A DNA stretch of 64,000 bases, from the IMG/VR virus record IMGVR_UViG_3300033066_000360, positions 20,154 to 84,153 of that record. The stretch is one strand, 5' to 3'. This DNA comes from a virus (Duplodnaviria; Caudoviricetes). The position numbers and the translations under genes were made by a program. Below the pieces are notes generated by a model that had not been told where the DNA came from, made no database searches, and saw only the letters and a list, made by a program, of their open reading frames with translations. This document shows positions 32,313-41,827 of the stretch, one piece after another; the first letter of the stretch is position 1, and every line of letters starts with the position of its first letter.

Positions 32313-32521
32313 TGACAATTGTAGTAACACTTAAAAAGAATATTATTGGGCCACTCCTCTTGATTGATGGGGTGCGTAGGATTGAAACCATGCTTGAAAC
32401 CAAAGACACAATGGATGTAATGTTTCAGGTAGAGGAGTCAAAGGAGAGAGCATTCTATCGCCTGCTCCAGAGGTCAGAACAGGTAGAGACTTGGAGTCTG
32501 GTTCCGGAGAAGAACAAGTGA
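32312..32521 (+). CDS. hypothetical protein
   Basis: Coupled ORF. Confidence 0.55.
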   Translation: MTIVVTLKKNIIGPLLLIDGVRRIETMLETKDTMDVMFQVEESKERAFYRLLQRSEQVETWSLVPEKNK

Positions 32522-32826
32522 ATCCTTGGTATACAGACCTAATCCTTTCGGACGACAATCCCAACCCTACCCTACAGGTAAGATGGACATGCACTGCGGA
32601 TCAAGCAAAGAGTTGCGCTAGACATATTGAATATATTGCCAAGAGAGAAGGGGTTGAGCTTATCTACCATGGTACAAACGAGAAGCCAGTTTATAGCAAC
32701 TGGTTCATTGCTGTTCCACCCAACCCCTCTCTCGGAGAGGTAATGAAGTTTGTTGATAGTGGCATATATGCCTATCAAGAGTCAACCAAGACTGATGATG
32801 AATCAGACTGGGTAGCGGATCTGTAA
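32518..32826 (+). CDS. hypothetical protein
   Basis: GTGA overlap. Confidence 0.55.
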   Translation: MNPWYTDLILSDDNPNPTLQVRWTCTADQAKSCARHIEYIAKREGVELIYHGTNEKPVYSNWFIAVPPNPSLGEVMKFVDSGIYAYQESTKTDDESDWVADL

Positions 32827-33362
32827 TGGGACTAAATCTGATACAAAGACACCTCAGGGAGATTAAAGCTCACGAGTTTGTCTATGAGTTCGCCGGACTT
32901 GGATTGAAGATCTCCCCAAAGTTTTCCTTTCGGAAAATGAGGAAAGAGAAAATCATGGGCGTAAGAATCAACCAAAGGCTGTGGACTCTTTGTACGGATT
33001 TCCTACAGGAGATTGGCGGAATAGACAAGAGAGAGAAGGAGGAAACTCTTTCTCTCTCTTTAAAGGAGATCAGGGAACTAATCTCTTGGTATGGATTTGC
33101 AATTGAGCGTCTGGATCTTGTCCAGACTTTCTATGACAACACTGAGGGCGCTGAATTCAGAGAAGCCATCAGGTGGACTCTAGAAGAGGCAACCATAGGC
33201 CAGATGCAAAAGGCGATTAACCACCCTTCTTGTCGCCGTAGAGGTTTACACTCGCAAACACTGCCGCCTCAATTGCAGCGTCAATACGGTTTACGTCAAT
33301 CCCTTGAAGCCCCTTCTCATTCAAGAAGTTCTGAACAAGCTTCAACGCAAAGTCCTTCTTAG
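32826..33362 (+). CDS. hypothetical protein
   Basis: Coupled ORF; 3' end overlaps the holin antisense. Confidence 0.55.
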   Translation: MGLNLIQRHLREIKAHEFVYEFAGLGLKISPKFSFRKMRKEKIMGVRINQRLWTLCTDFLQEIGGIDKREKEETLSLSLKEIRELISWYGFAIERLDLVQTFYDNTEGAEFREAIRWTLEEATIGQMQKAINHPSCRRRGLHSQTLPPQLQRQYGLRQSLEAPSHSRSSEQASTQSPS

Positions 33363-33579
33363 CCTTTCCTTCATTCAGGATGGCTCCAGATAGACCGGAT
33401 TGCTCTGCCGCAAGAACCGCAAGATCAATGAACTGAGTAATCATTCTCCAGTTCTGGTCCCCAATCTGAATCTGGATCTTGGCTGTCTGGGCATTGATCC
33501 AGCGCACAAGGAATCCTACAAGAGCAGTAGCTAGGATCGGAAGAAGAGTAACAAGTAGGGTATTAAGTAGTTCGTTCAT
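33217..33579 (-). CDS. holin, LL-H family
   Basis: N-terminal TM; AVLAAEQ..G.AKK..A..V..FL..G..IDAAIEAAV. Confidence 0.85.
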   Translation of the reverse strand: MNELLNTLLVTLLPILATALVGFLVRWINAQTAKIQIQIGDQNWRMITQFIDLAVLAAEQSGLSGAILNEGKAKKDFALKLVQNFLNEKGLQGIDVNRIDAAIEAAVFASVNLYGDKKGG

Positions 33580-33604
33580 ATCTACATTTTACCCCCGGAG
33601 GAAT

Positions 33605-33838
33605 ATGACACTAGAAGAGCGAAGAGCTTTCGCTAAGGAATTGATTAGCTCGGTAAGCGATGAAGTAAATATCATGCTTAAGAATGTTCCAGATCACTGG
33701 ACTGGGCATATGCTTAGGGCGTTCATCTCTGACTGGTTTGCTTCCCAGGCATTTTTTGGCATGATGGATCCCAAAAGACAAGAAGAATACAGGGAGTCTG
33801 CATTGGTTGAGTGGTGGATGCCACCCTCAAGGAGATAG
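33605..33838 (+). CDS. hypothetical protein
   Basis: GGAGG SD. Confidence 0.6.
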   Translation: MTLEERRAFAKELISSVSDEVNIMLKNVPDHWTGHMLRAFISDWFASQAFFGMMDPKRQEEYRESALVEWWMPPSRR

Positions 33839-34144
33839 ATGGTTCAATACACAAAAGGAATCGTAAACTTCATTCGACACCCATGGGACGACCGAAGACT
33901 AAACGAGATATGGGTGGAGGGAAGTGGATTGTTTGTTTTCCGAAAGCCGCAAGGGTATGTAAACCCAGAGGACGCACGATTTGAGGCGGGCAGCAGGGTT
34001 CTCACCAAGGACGACATTCCATTTATGGTATTCCCATATCCGAATCTCACCGAAAGGAGACTCGATCTTATGGGGCAGGTCAAGAATCTAGATTGGATCT
34101 TGGCAAGGATTAAGAATAGACGATATGACCATCCCAAGATTTAA
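33839..34144 (+). CDS. hypothetical protein
   Basis: ORF with SD; C-terminal (N/D)LDxILxRIK shared with the next ORF. Confidence 0.6.
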   Translation: MVQYTKGIVNFIRHPWDDRRLNEIWVEGSGLFVFRKPQGYVNPEDARFEAGSRVLTKDDIPFMVFPYPNLTERRLDLMGQVKNLDWILARIKNRRYDHPKI

Positions 34145-34496
34145 GCGATGGGATGGATTCAAAGTGGTTAATGGAGTAGTTAAAACCATTACTTCTCCAT
34201 GGACTGGCGGCTTTGTATCCAGAGTCTTCGTAACAGGCAAGGACTGGTATTTCTTTAATACTGTCTATCGGACCTATAACTCCGTCAAGGGCAATGAACT
34301 TTTAATGGATAGAGACATTCCGAACATCTGGTATCCAGAACCGGAGTATGCGGAAGAGCGTCTTTGGGCTATGAGCAAGACCATCAACCTTGATAGTGTT
34401 CTTAAGCGTATTAAGGAAGGAACCAATGGACTCTTGCCGGAAGTGGAACAAGAAGATCCGTTTCTTGAGGAGGATAAAAATTCAGATGACGAATGA
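34125..34496 (+). CDS. hypothetical protein
   Basis: ORF; NLDSVLKRIK. Confidence 0.6.
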   Translation: MTIPRFKRWDGFKVVNGVVKTITSPWTGGFVSRVFVTGKDWYFFNTVYRTYNSVKGNELLMDRDIPNIWYPEPEYAEERLWAMSKTINLDSVLKRIKEGTNGLLPEVEQEDPFLEEDKNSDDE

Positions 34497-34746
34497 AAAA
34501 TATGAGGATGATGGATTTAGCTACTTGCCCGACTACATGCAAGAAGCAATTCAACATGATCCGCAACTCCGAGAAGAGGTAATCAGAGTGGGCAAGATCA
34601 TAAGGCATTGGGAGCCAAATGAAGAGGGTTATCCCCGCTTCTGCACATGCGCCGTAGCGTTGGCCATCGAGATCTATGACCTTAAGAAGGAGAACCGGTC
34701 TTTCCGAAGATCACTTTTTAATCAGGAGCCAAATGTCTACCTTTAG
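34486..34746 (+). CDS. hypothetical protein
   Basis: GAGGAGG SD. Confidence 0.55.
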   Translation: MTNEKYEDDGFSYLPDYMQEAIQHDPQLREEVIRVGKIIRHWEPNEEGYPRFCTCAVALAIEIYDLKKENRSFRRSLFNQEPNVYL

Positions 34747-34939
34747 GATGTTCTTCACCAAGACCGTAGAACTACGTGCCTACGCAGAAGTGGAATGCAT
34801 AGGTCTGGATGACGCTAGGTCCACGGCAATAGCTATTGCCAAGGAACAGGGTGGAGAGGCGGCATATGATCTGGACTGGCACATTCAAAAACCTAGCCCA
34901 GTTCGTGTAGTTAAAGTGGAGGAGGTTAAGAAAGAGTAA
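34733..34939 (+). CDS. hypothetical protein
   Basis: AGGAG SD. Confidence 0.55.
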   Translation: MSTFRMFFTKTVELRAYAEVECIGLDDARSTAIAIAKEQGGEAAYDLDWHIQKPSPVRVVKVEEVKKE

Positions 34940-35196
34940 TGATTTTTTATCTAACAACCCCAAAAGATCGGAATCTAACAATGCCACAATATATCCAAGA
35001 CTATATTGTGGACTTTTACTTTATCGACAACACAAACACCCAAGAAACCTACGCCTATTGGATTAACGCCAGTGATGCTATGGACTTTGAAGCCTGGGTT
35101 CTTTGCGACGATGCAATAATTAAGTGGAGAACTAAAGATGTTGTTCCACTCCAGATTGTTAGCTCTTCCACCCGCCCATCCAGCCAAACTTCCTAG
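34939..35196 (+). CDS. hypothetical protein
   Basis: Coupled ORF, last gene of the + strand run. Confidence 0.55.
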   Translation: MIFYLTTPKDRNLTMPQYIQDYIVDFYFIDNTNTQETYAYWINASDAMDFEAWVLCDDAIIKWRTKDVVPLQIVSSSTRPSSQTS

Positions 35197-36031
35197 TATG
35201 CCAATACGGATGGTATACACCCTTATGAAACATCGAGAAACCAGTGCACCACTCAGGGAAACCATTGGTTACGAGAGCTTTGTAGGGGGTCTTACTAGCG
35301 TCACACAAACACCCATTGTCAGCAATCATGTATTTACCGTTGAGGGATATACCTACTGCTTGGTGGTGTTGGTGATGGGTGAGAACGCTACATTCATATT
35401 TCTGGGAAAGCTGTTGGCCTACATTGAGCTTGGACTTGGAGTACATAATCTGATGAGCCAAGAGCCACTTAGGGTTCTTTAGCCACATCCGGTCAAGCAT
35501 GGTCACGCGGATCCTTTCCGGGGCCATGTTTGCCGGTCGGAAAAGATCTACAAGGTTGTCTGGTCCAAGCTCTCCCTGAACCTTCCCCATTAGTCTAAGG
35601 TCATGGTTCCCCATGCACATGTAGAACTGATTGAACTGTGCTCCCCAAAACTCTAGGATGGCACGAGCCGCCTTTAGCTCTTCTGAAACAGTTGGCTCTC
35701 TTACGACTGTAGGCCACTTGGACAGGGAGGAGAACGAGAACATATCTCCAACAATTGCTAGCTGTTTGATATTGTGAGTCTCTGCAATCTCATTAACAAG
35801 AGCAACCAGCTTCCAGTCCGTATAGGGAACATGGACATCACCCACAACCATGACATCGCCAGAGATCTTGATCTCAGCCGTGTTATTCATTACTGGGGGC
35901 TTGATGTTTGGTGCTCTAACGTAGAGTCCGCGTGCCTGATCTTTTGTGATTCCAAGCTTCGTCCCAATCTGGGAGAACGACATTGAAGGATTACCCTTCT
36001 TAAGTTTTACCACTTCGGTTTTCAAGTCCAT
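35159..36031 (-). CDS. HTH + metallophosphoesterase
   Basis: SFSQIGTKLGIT HTH; GDVHVP, GD, GNHD, HQHH. Confidence 0.85.
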   Translation of the reverse strand: MDLKTEVVKLKKGNPSMSFSQIGTKLGITKDQARGLYVRAPNIKPPVMNNTAEIKISGDVMVVGDVHVPYTDWKLVALVNEIAETHNIKQLAIVGDMFSFSSLSKWPTVVREPTVSEELKAARAILEFWGAQFNQFYMCMGNHDLRLMGKVQGELGPDNLVDLFRPANMAPERIRVTMLDRMWLKNPKWLLAHQIMYSKSKLNVGQQLSQKYECSVLTHHQHHQAVGISLNGKYMIADNGCLCDASKTPYKALVTNGFPEWCTGFSMFHKGVYHPYWHTRKFGWMGGWKS

Positions 36032-36341
36032 ATATCTTTTCCTCAAGTTCTTTGATTCGCTTATTAGCATTGGATAGTGCTTCTTGCAAGTCTGCAATCT
36101 TGCCGTCGCGCTGAACCCTCTCGATTATAAGCGCATTACGCTCATTTACAAGGTTCTCTACCTTAATTTCTAGTGCTTGTATCTTCACTTGAAGTTCATG
36201 CCGAAATGCTTTAAACTCTTCGTCTGCACCTATAGCGAACTTGCCACTTAGGGTAAGGCGAAAGAGCAGCCACCTGCCGATATAGCCGACAATTACTGTC
36301 CCAAGTGATGAAATTAAAGCTAGAAGAACCTGATCTGACAT
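36000..36341 (-). CDS. TM + coiled-coil protein (lysis cassette)
   Basis: N-terminal TM, heptad-rich C-terminus. Confidence 0.7.
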   Translation of the reverse strand: MSDQVLLALISSLGTVIVGYIGRWLLFRLTLSGKFAIGADEEFKAFRHELQVKIQALEIKVENLVNERNALIIERVQRDGKIADLQEALSNANKRIKELEEKIYGLENRSGKT

Positions 36342-36739
36342 TATTTATCCCCCAATCTGAGTATGACGTACATTGCTCCAATTGCAGGGACAAACATGAT
36401 ATTGCCAAAGCCTCCGTAGAAAATACTAATAGAGGCATACCCCATAAAGAAGTAAATGATTGCAGCGAGTGTGGCTGATATTGTTCTTATTCTCCTGCTA
36501 TTCTGAAAAAGCATTCCCGCCGTTTGAAGCACGAGAAGAATTATAAGCACCCCTATAGGGACTATATCTGGGATTCCTGCTAGGCCATAGTAGCCCGATG
36601 TATCGAGTGGAGCCAGAAAGATAAAGATCAACCAGAATGTGGTTGTCGCAAGTCCTGCTTCAACCGCAATTGGATCTGCTCTTAGCAGCCGGGCCAACCA
36701 TTTACCTAGGATTTGCATATTGACACCCCGGTAAACCAT
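36341..36739 (-). CDS. multi-pass membrane protein (lysis cassette)
   Basis: About 4 TM segments. Confidence 0.7.
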   Translation of the reverse strand: MVYRGVNMQILGKWLARLLRADPIAVEAGLATTTFWLIFIFLAPLDTSGYYGLAGIPDIVPIGVLIILLVLQTAGMLFQNSRRIRTISATLAAIIYFFMGYASISIFYGGFGNIMFVPAIGAMYVILRLGDK

Positions 36740-37371
36740 GTGTTAAAGTCATTTATATGGGCATCTTTATTCGCACCCTTGAACGTATCGTTACCCCAAA
36801 AGTCTGGATCGTGGTAGATAACCCTGTCGCCGGAAAGCCGCGTAACCAGAACCCAGTGCAGCCCCATGAACCCAGTATCCTGTTTCATGTAGGCGGGAAC
36901 TTTCCCATAATTGATGAGGCAGATACTCTGGTCCTTGATGACATTGGACTCGATAAGTGGAAGTCCAAGAAGCTTCCCAAGGACTACAAGATCTGCTGAA
37001 CTTGTCCAGCCCTCACTGTTATTTAAGAGGGTCACACAATCATCTACTGTCTTGTCTTTAGCCAGTCCACTTCCCTGAGCCAGCATGAGGACGCATGCTT
37101 CTCCACAATCTGCTGTAGTGATGTTGGCGGTCATGGACCACTGAGAGATATATGGTATCTCCGAGTCTGGGACCACCATTGTCTTGTGGATCCAAACTGT
37201 AAGTGGGAGGAAGTCATTCTCCGGTGGGCCATCTATTCGTAGAACATCTCCCGGCTTAGCATAGAACAAGATGTTGCTGGCGAACTCTGGAGTAGAACGT
37301 ATGTTCGCTCCGCCCGGATTTGACACCCTGCTCTTTGTAGAAGGATTGGCTTCTTCCCACTTAGCGTCCAT
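36706..37371 (-). CDS. SH3b + C39-like cysteine peptidase (endolysin-like)
   Basis: ANIRSTP SH3; SQ..DCGEAC..HWVLV..YHDP. Confidence 0.75.
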   Translation of the reverse strand: MDAKWEEANPSTKSRVSNPGGANIRSTPEFASNILFYAKPGDVLRIDGPPENDFLPLTVWIHKTMVVPDSEIPYISQWSMTANITTADCGEACVLMLAQGSGLAKDKTVDDCVTLLNNSEGWTSSADLVVLGKLLGLPLIESNVIKDQSICLINYGKVPAYMKQDTGFMGLHWVLVTRLSGDRVIYHDPDFWGNDTFKGANKDAHINDFNTWFTGVSICKS

Positions 37372-38525
37372 TATGCCCACCAAGCCTTTAGAGTATCTTT
37401 GTATCCCCTAACATCGTATCCAGCCCACGAATTGTCCTTTCCATACTGGAAGATTGTGCTTCCTACGAATGGAGAAGGCCATACTCCGGGGAATGGGGAG
37501 GGTGGAACCTGTCCCGAAACGATTAGAGGATGCTTGTTGTCGATAACAATTGGCCTACTCTGCTCCTTTTCGTTATAAACAAGCCAGTCCCTAAAGGTTG
37601 CCTGATCTACTCCATGGGCTGGAAAGCCGCCCACTCCGCCCTCATCTAAGCCGGTTTCCGTAGCCCACACATTACGTACTCGTGGATCAAATCCACAAAG
37701 GGTAAACAGGAAGTGCCAACGGGTTAGCCACCACGGAGACTTTCCATCGGTGTTCCACCCAAGAGTGGGACTGTAGTTGTGATTGTCCCATCCCATGATG
37801 CCGTTGTTGTAAGGTTCGCTATAGTAGTTTCTAATGGCATTGCAAACGCTTGGGTCTGTGTAATCTGGTGTTCCCATTGAGTAAGATCCCGCCAAGTAGA
37901 AGGCGCTAGGGTGGAACCTTCTGATTCCCTTAGCCACCTCAGTATCAAACCAAGCCCGTCTCTTAATCCCATCAGGATCGCATCCAATACCATCGTCATT
38001 CTCATTTCTCCCTACATACCCAATCCTTGGATCGTTTCTTGAACCTTCGCTTACTTCCAGTCTCTGGAGCATTTGATTCGGATCTGGATTCAGCCCATTC
38101 AACCACGCTCTGTAGATAATCACCGTGTTTGGAGCTTGCTGCGCCAGTTGAATGGAAAGAAGCTTGTTGTGCATAATCGTGACAATTGGAGCTTTCAACT
38201 GCGTTACTGCTTCAATTGCTGCGTCCCCATCCCCAATTGCATGCACTCCAATAAGGGGCTTTGTGGAAGCTGGTGGTGGAGGAGGCGGTGGAGTTTCCAC
38301 TGTAATCAGCGAAGACATTACCCATCCCTCTGTCGGTGGAGTCCCCGATGTAATAAACACATCGTCTGGGCTTACCAATATCCTAGACCAACCGTCCAAT
38401 CTCTCCTCTAGAACACTAATCTTTGCGCCATTTCGAATAGCGCCCATTACATTGTCTGGTGTTCGTTGAGGAGTTCTTCTGAGTCTCAAAAACCATAGGT
38501 CTGATGTTACCGTTGCACTTGTCAT
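37371..38525 (-). CDS. SH3b + glycoside-hydrolase-like cell wall hydrolase
   Basis: LRLRRTP..GWSRI SH3, polyPro linker, GRNEND and WATETG acid pair. Confidence 0.7.
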   Translation of the reverse strand: MTSATVTSDLWFLRLRRTPQRTPDNVMGAIRNGAKISVLEERLDGWSRILVSPDDVFITSGTPPTEGWVMSSLITVETPPPPPPPASTKPLIGVHAIGDGDAAIEAVTQLKAPIVTIMHNKLLSIQLAQQAPNTVIIYRAWLNGLNPDPNQMLQRLEVSEGSRNDPRIGYVGRNENDDGIGCDPDGIKRRAWFDTEVAKGIRRFHPSAFYLAGSYSMGTPDYTDPSVCNAIRNYYSEPYNNGIMGWDNHNYSPTLGWNTDGKSPWWLTRWHFLFTLCGFDPRVRNVWATETGLDEGGVGGFPAHGVDQATFRDWLVYNEKEQSRPIVIDNKHPLIVSGQVPPSPFPGVWPSPFVGSTIFQYGKDNSWAGYDVRGYKDTLKAWWA

Positions 38526-38540
38526 AACACAGATTATAAT
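38513..38540. promoter_or_regulatory. bidirectional -10 palindrome ATTATAAT driving two putative leaderless starts
   Basis: TATAAT on + (38535-38540; TTGCAC 16 nt upstream) and on - (38538-38533). Confidence 0.6.
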
Positions 38541-38546
38541 ATGGAC

Positions 38547-38771
38547 ATGAAAGCCAGAATCAAATACTCCCTCAATAACGAGACAAAGTTCGTTGAACTA
38601 AAGGTTCAAGCCATGCTTTATGATGCCGTTCAATCCGCACTTCATACCGCGCTTCCGGGCTCAAAGATGATTGGATACAGTAGGGTTGTAGAACCCGTTG
38701 CGAAGCAAACCGCCGAGACTCCTGCGGAAGCTCCTGCCGAGAAACCAAAGAAAGAAACAAAAGCTCTCTAA
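38547..38771 (+). CDS. small protein on the opposite strand inside the late region
   Basis: ATG 6 nt after TATAAT; own terminator. Confidence 0.65.
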   Translation: MKARIKYSLNNETKFVELKVQAMLYDAVQSALHTALPGSKMIGYSRVVEPVAKQTAETPAEAPAEKPKKETKAL

Positions 38772-38774
38772 ATT

Positions 38775-38801
38775 AAAAGCCCCCCAAATCGGGGGGCTTT
38801 T
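38775..38801. terminator. bidirectional intrinsic terminator
   Basis: AAAAGCCCCCC-AAATC-GGGGGGCTTTT. Confidence 0.85.
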
Positions 38802-38802
38802 G

Positions 38803-39120
38803 TTATTCTAGCTTCTCTGCTAACTCAGCTATTTGAATTGCCGCTCCGAACGGCCAGTTCTCGAATTCGCTGACTTTGGATTTGAGCCACTTCCAGTCCT
38901 CCGGTTCAAAGAAGAGGCTTGTTGAAATATCCTTGTCCCACGACGCTCCTGTATCGGTTACACGGAAACCGAATGCTTCCTTCTCTGGTTCTGAGATTGC
39001 AAGCTCCTTTAGGATTCTTGCGGCTGTAACAATCTCAGACATTTTCCCACCGGGAAGACCGCCGATAAGAGAGATGAGCGTGGTTCTGTCCCACACTCCT
39101 AGAGATACTTCGTGTTTCAT
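38803..39120 (-). CDS. hypothetical protein (position of a tail fibre chaperone)
   Basis: ORF downstream of the fibre genes. Confidence 0.65.
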   Translation of the reverse strand: MKHEVSLGVWDRTTLISLIGGLPGGKMSEIVTAARILKELAISEPEKEAFGFRVTDTGASWDKDISTSLFFEPEDWKWLKSKVSEFENWPFGAAIQIAELAEKLE

Positions 39121-39121
39121 A

Positions 39122-39601
39122 TTACCTAGTTACGTTTCTAACTGTGCAAACAACTGAACCTGTGATTGGGTTAAATGAGTTTCCTACTACCTGAACTAAG
39201 CGAATATACTGACCATAAAGTGTTGTGTGTGTGAATGCTACGCCAGTAGTTACCTGTCCAGTAGCTCCAAACGATGTCAGGTCAGACCAAATCACGGCGT
39301 TAGGAGAGTGCTGAATCTTATTTGTAACAGTTGTTGCTCCTGTTGTTGTGATTGGAGACATTGCAGTTACTGAACTGTAGCAGTCCGCCTCACCATAGCT
39401 TGCTGAGAAGAAGCTCGGAGAAGTTGTTGTTGCCGCAGTTGTTCCAGCAAAGTTAAAGAGAGTAACATTGCGTGTTCCAATAACCACTTCTGCGCCTACT
39501 GGCTGTGGGGCGGTTAGGAATGCGGAGCTTACTGTCATAACAGCTAGTGCCGCAATAGAAAGGATTGTGATAACGAGACGGGATTTAGTTAGTCTGTTCA
39601 T
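39122..39601 (-). CDS. exported/virion beta-rich protein
   Basis: Signal-like N-terminus, Thr/Ser-rich. Confidence 0.65.
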   Translation of the reverse strand: MNRLTKSRLVITILSIAALAVMTVSSAFLTAPQPVGAEVVIGTRNVTLFNFAGTTAATTTSPSFFSASYGEADCYSSVTAMSPITTTGATTVTNKIQHSPNAVIWSDLTSFGATGQVTTGVAFTHTTLYGQYIRLVQVVGNSFNPITGSVVCTVRNVTR

Positions 39602-39615
39602 GTCTTTTATTATAC

Positions 39616-40263
39616 CTATACCATTGGCGTAATCTCACGCCATTCAACCATTACGGACAATTGCCACGTACCGGCAGCATCAAAAGCTTGACCGGCCCTA
39701 ATGCCAAGAACTTCTCCAGCCCTTAGTGTAAGTGGGTGGTCTTGGAAATCCATCACTTGCTCATAGTATGCGCCAGCAGCGCCTACATGTGCGAGAGGCA
39801 TGATCTTTAGTGGAACAGCTTCGTATGTAACGTTTGTTGTCGTGAGAGCGGCAGTAGTGGCGATTCTTGTGTCTCCACCACCAGCAGAATCAAAGACAGA
39901 CGCCCCCATAACAAGATGCTTTGGTGGGTTTGGATCAATCGCGCTACCACCAGAAGTAACGGGAGAGGAGCTTACTCCACGGAAAATTGCAAGCCTTCTT
40001 CCTACGGTTAGAGGAGTCGTGTATACAACAAGTGTCGTATATTGGAGACGAATCCTATCAATTTGCGCTATTCGAGAACCAGCAGTTGTCGATGACCTCA
40101 TTAGAAATACTGTAGCGAGAGACGCTAGAGCAGCGGCCATTGTTCCTGTGATACCAGAGGTTGCATATGCCTCTCCAATCGGATACACGGATGTTCTAGA
40201 TACTCCACCGGAGTCGATACGCTGGATATTTGCGGGGTTAACTGGATCTTGTTGTATTGCCAT
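39616..40263 (-). CDS. putative virion structural protein
   Basis: Ala/Thr/Gly-rich beta pattern. Confidence 0.6.
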   Translation of the reverse strand: MAIQQDPVNPANIQRIDSGGVSRTSVYPIGEAYATSGITGTMAAALASLATVFLMRSSTTAGSRIAQIDRIRLQYTTLVVYTTPLTVGRRLAIFRGVSSSPVTSGGSAIDPNPPKHLVMGASVFDSAGGGDTRIATTAALTTTNVTYEAVPLKIMPLAHVGAAGAYYEQVMDFQDHPLTLRAGEVLGIRAGQAFDAAGTWQLSVMVEWREITPMV

Positions 40264-41163
40264 TTAGAGTCCTACTGAATAAGCTATTTTAACATTTCCA
40301 ATCATCAATCCATAGGATGACCAGTAGAAGGTTATTTCTGTGGAAGATGTGACGACTCCACTTATTTGGATTTGTCCATACTCGATCTCATCTGCCAGAG
40401 TTCCCTTGTCCGTGTAGGCATCTGGAACCATGAATGCGTGAACGAATTTCCCGGTGGAAAGTCCAGCAAGGCCAGAAAGAACCACAACGCCATCATATCT
40501 AGCTCTGTCGCACAAGTTAATCATGGCTGTTGACCAAGTGGTTCCAGAGGATCCTGTTGGACCTTGAGGCCCAGTATCTCCAGTCGGACCCTGAATCCCC
40601 TGTATGCCTTGTGGCCCCTGTATTCCCTGAGGCCCAGTGCTGCCAGCAGGACCAGTGTTTCCAGTGGCTCCTTGCGGACCAGTCGCTCCTTGTGGACCAG
40701 TAGAACCGGTGGCCCCCTGTGGACCCTCAACACCCTGAGGGCCTTGCGGACCTGTTGCGCCTTGTGGACCCTGAGATCCGGTATCTCCTTTGGGCCCAAT
40801 TGGACCCTGAGGGCCGGTTAATCCCTGTGGACCAGTTGATCCAGTCGGACCTTGTGGACCTGTAGCTCCTTGCGCTCCTGCCGCACCAGCGGCTCCAGCA
40901 GCACCCGGAGATCCAGCCACCCCATCGGCGCCAGCAGGACCAGTAGCTCCTGTGGCTCCAGTTGCGCCTGTAAGTCCTCTTGGGCCAGTAAGTCCAATTG
41001 GCCCTTGTGGACCCTGAGGACCAGCGGGGCCAGCAAGTGTTCCTTCCGTGGGGACTGTTACAGAAACAATAGCTGATGGATTGACAGCAACGGCAATATC
41101 ATTCTCTGAGACGAGAGTAACAGTCACACTCGGGAGCACTACTGGTTCAATTGTGATGTCCAT
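40264..41163 (-). CDS. collagen-like (Gly-X-Y) fibre protein
   Basis: Long GPQ/GAT/GST triplet run. Confidence 0.9.
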   Translation of the reverse strand: MDITIEPVVLPSVTVTLVSENDIAVAVNPSAIVSVTVPTEGTLAGPAGPQGPQGPIGLTGPRGLTGATGATGATGPAGADGVAGSPGAAGAAGAAGAQGATGPQGPTGSTGPQGLTGPQGPIGPKGDTGSQGPQGATGPQGPQGVEGPQGATGSTGPQGATGPQGATGNTGPAGSTGPQGIQGPQGIQGIQGPTGDTGPQGPTGSSGTTWSTAMINLCDRARYDGVVVLSGLAGLSTGKFVHAFMVPDAYTDKGTLADEIEYGQIQISGVVTSSTEITFYWSSYGLMIGNVKIAYSVGL

Positions 41164-41471
41164 TAGATCCCCTTATCTACAATTGCAAATGATCCCGCAA
41201 GGATTGTCCTTGTCAATCCACCGCTTGTCATGTCAAGGTTCCAATCATATTTCCCAACACCCATTGCAGTGCTGTTTGCCGAAGTAAAGGTTAGCTTTAT
41301 TGATCCAGTGGGAGCATCCACAACCGTTGGGGTTATTGACAATGCTCCATACTTTGCCGTGAATGTAACATTGGTAATATCCTGATTGATAGATATATTG
41401 AGAACGTAATCATCGCCCAGAAATACAGTGTGATTAAAAATGGCGGGAAGTTGGTATAGATTTGTAGTCAT
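41163..41471 (-). CDS. BppU-like baseplate/fibre adaptor
   Basis: [34 protein letters not shown]. Confidence 0.6.
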   Translation of the reverse strand: MTTNLYQLPAIFNHTVFLGDDYVLNISINQDITNVTFTAKYGALSITPTVVDAPTGSIKLTFTSANSTAMGVGKYDWNLDMTSGGLTRTILAGSFAIVDKGI

Positions 41472-41827
41472 TATCCTAAGTCTCCAATAGTATCTGACCC
41501 CAGTAGAAGAGTTGCGGCAGGGAGAGTCTTGACGGTATGAACTCTATGCCCACCGGACATGACAAGGAACTTTTCCCTGAGCTTGCTTTTTACCAGCGCA
41601 CGTATGGCAGCTTTCTTCTCGGCGGCAGTTCCAGAGGAGTTGATCTGGTCATACTCGTATGGAGTCACATAGACCTCTATAAGTCGGCAGTTGTTATTCC
41701 CATCTCCTGCCTCAAAAGGATTGATAACACTGTCCCACACCTTGAATTCAACACTCAGGGCAACAATGTCGCCGCCTTCGTTTTTGTGCTCAAATACATT
41801 CGAGCGGATTGCTTTTTGAAATGCCAT
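41471..41827 (-). CDS. hypothetical structural protein
   Basis: Coupled ORF. Confidence 0.6.
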   Translation of the reverse strand: MAFQKAIRSNVFEHKNEGGDIVALSVEFKVWDSVINPFEAGDGNNNCRLIEVYVTPYEYDQINSSGTAAEKKAAIRALVKSKLREKFLVMSGGHRVHTVKTLPAATLLLGSDTIGDLG

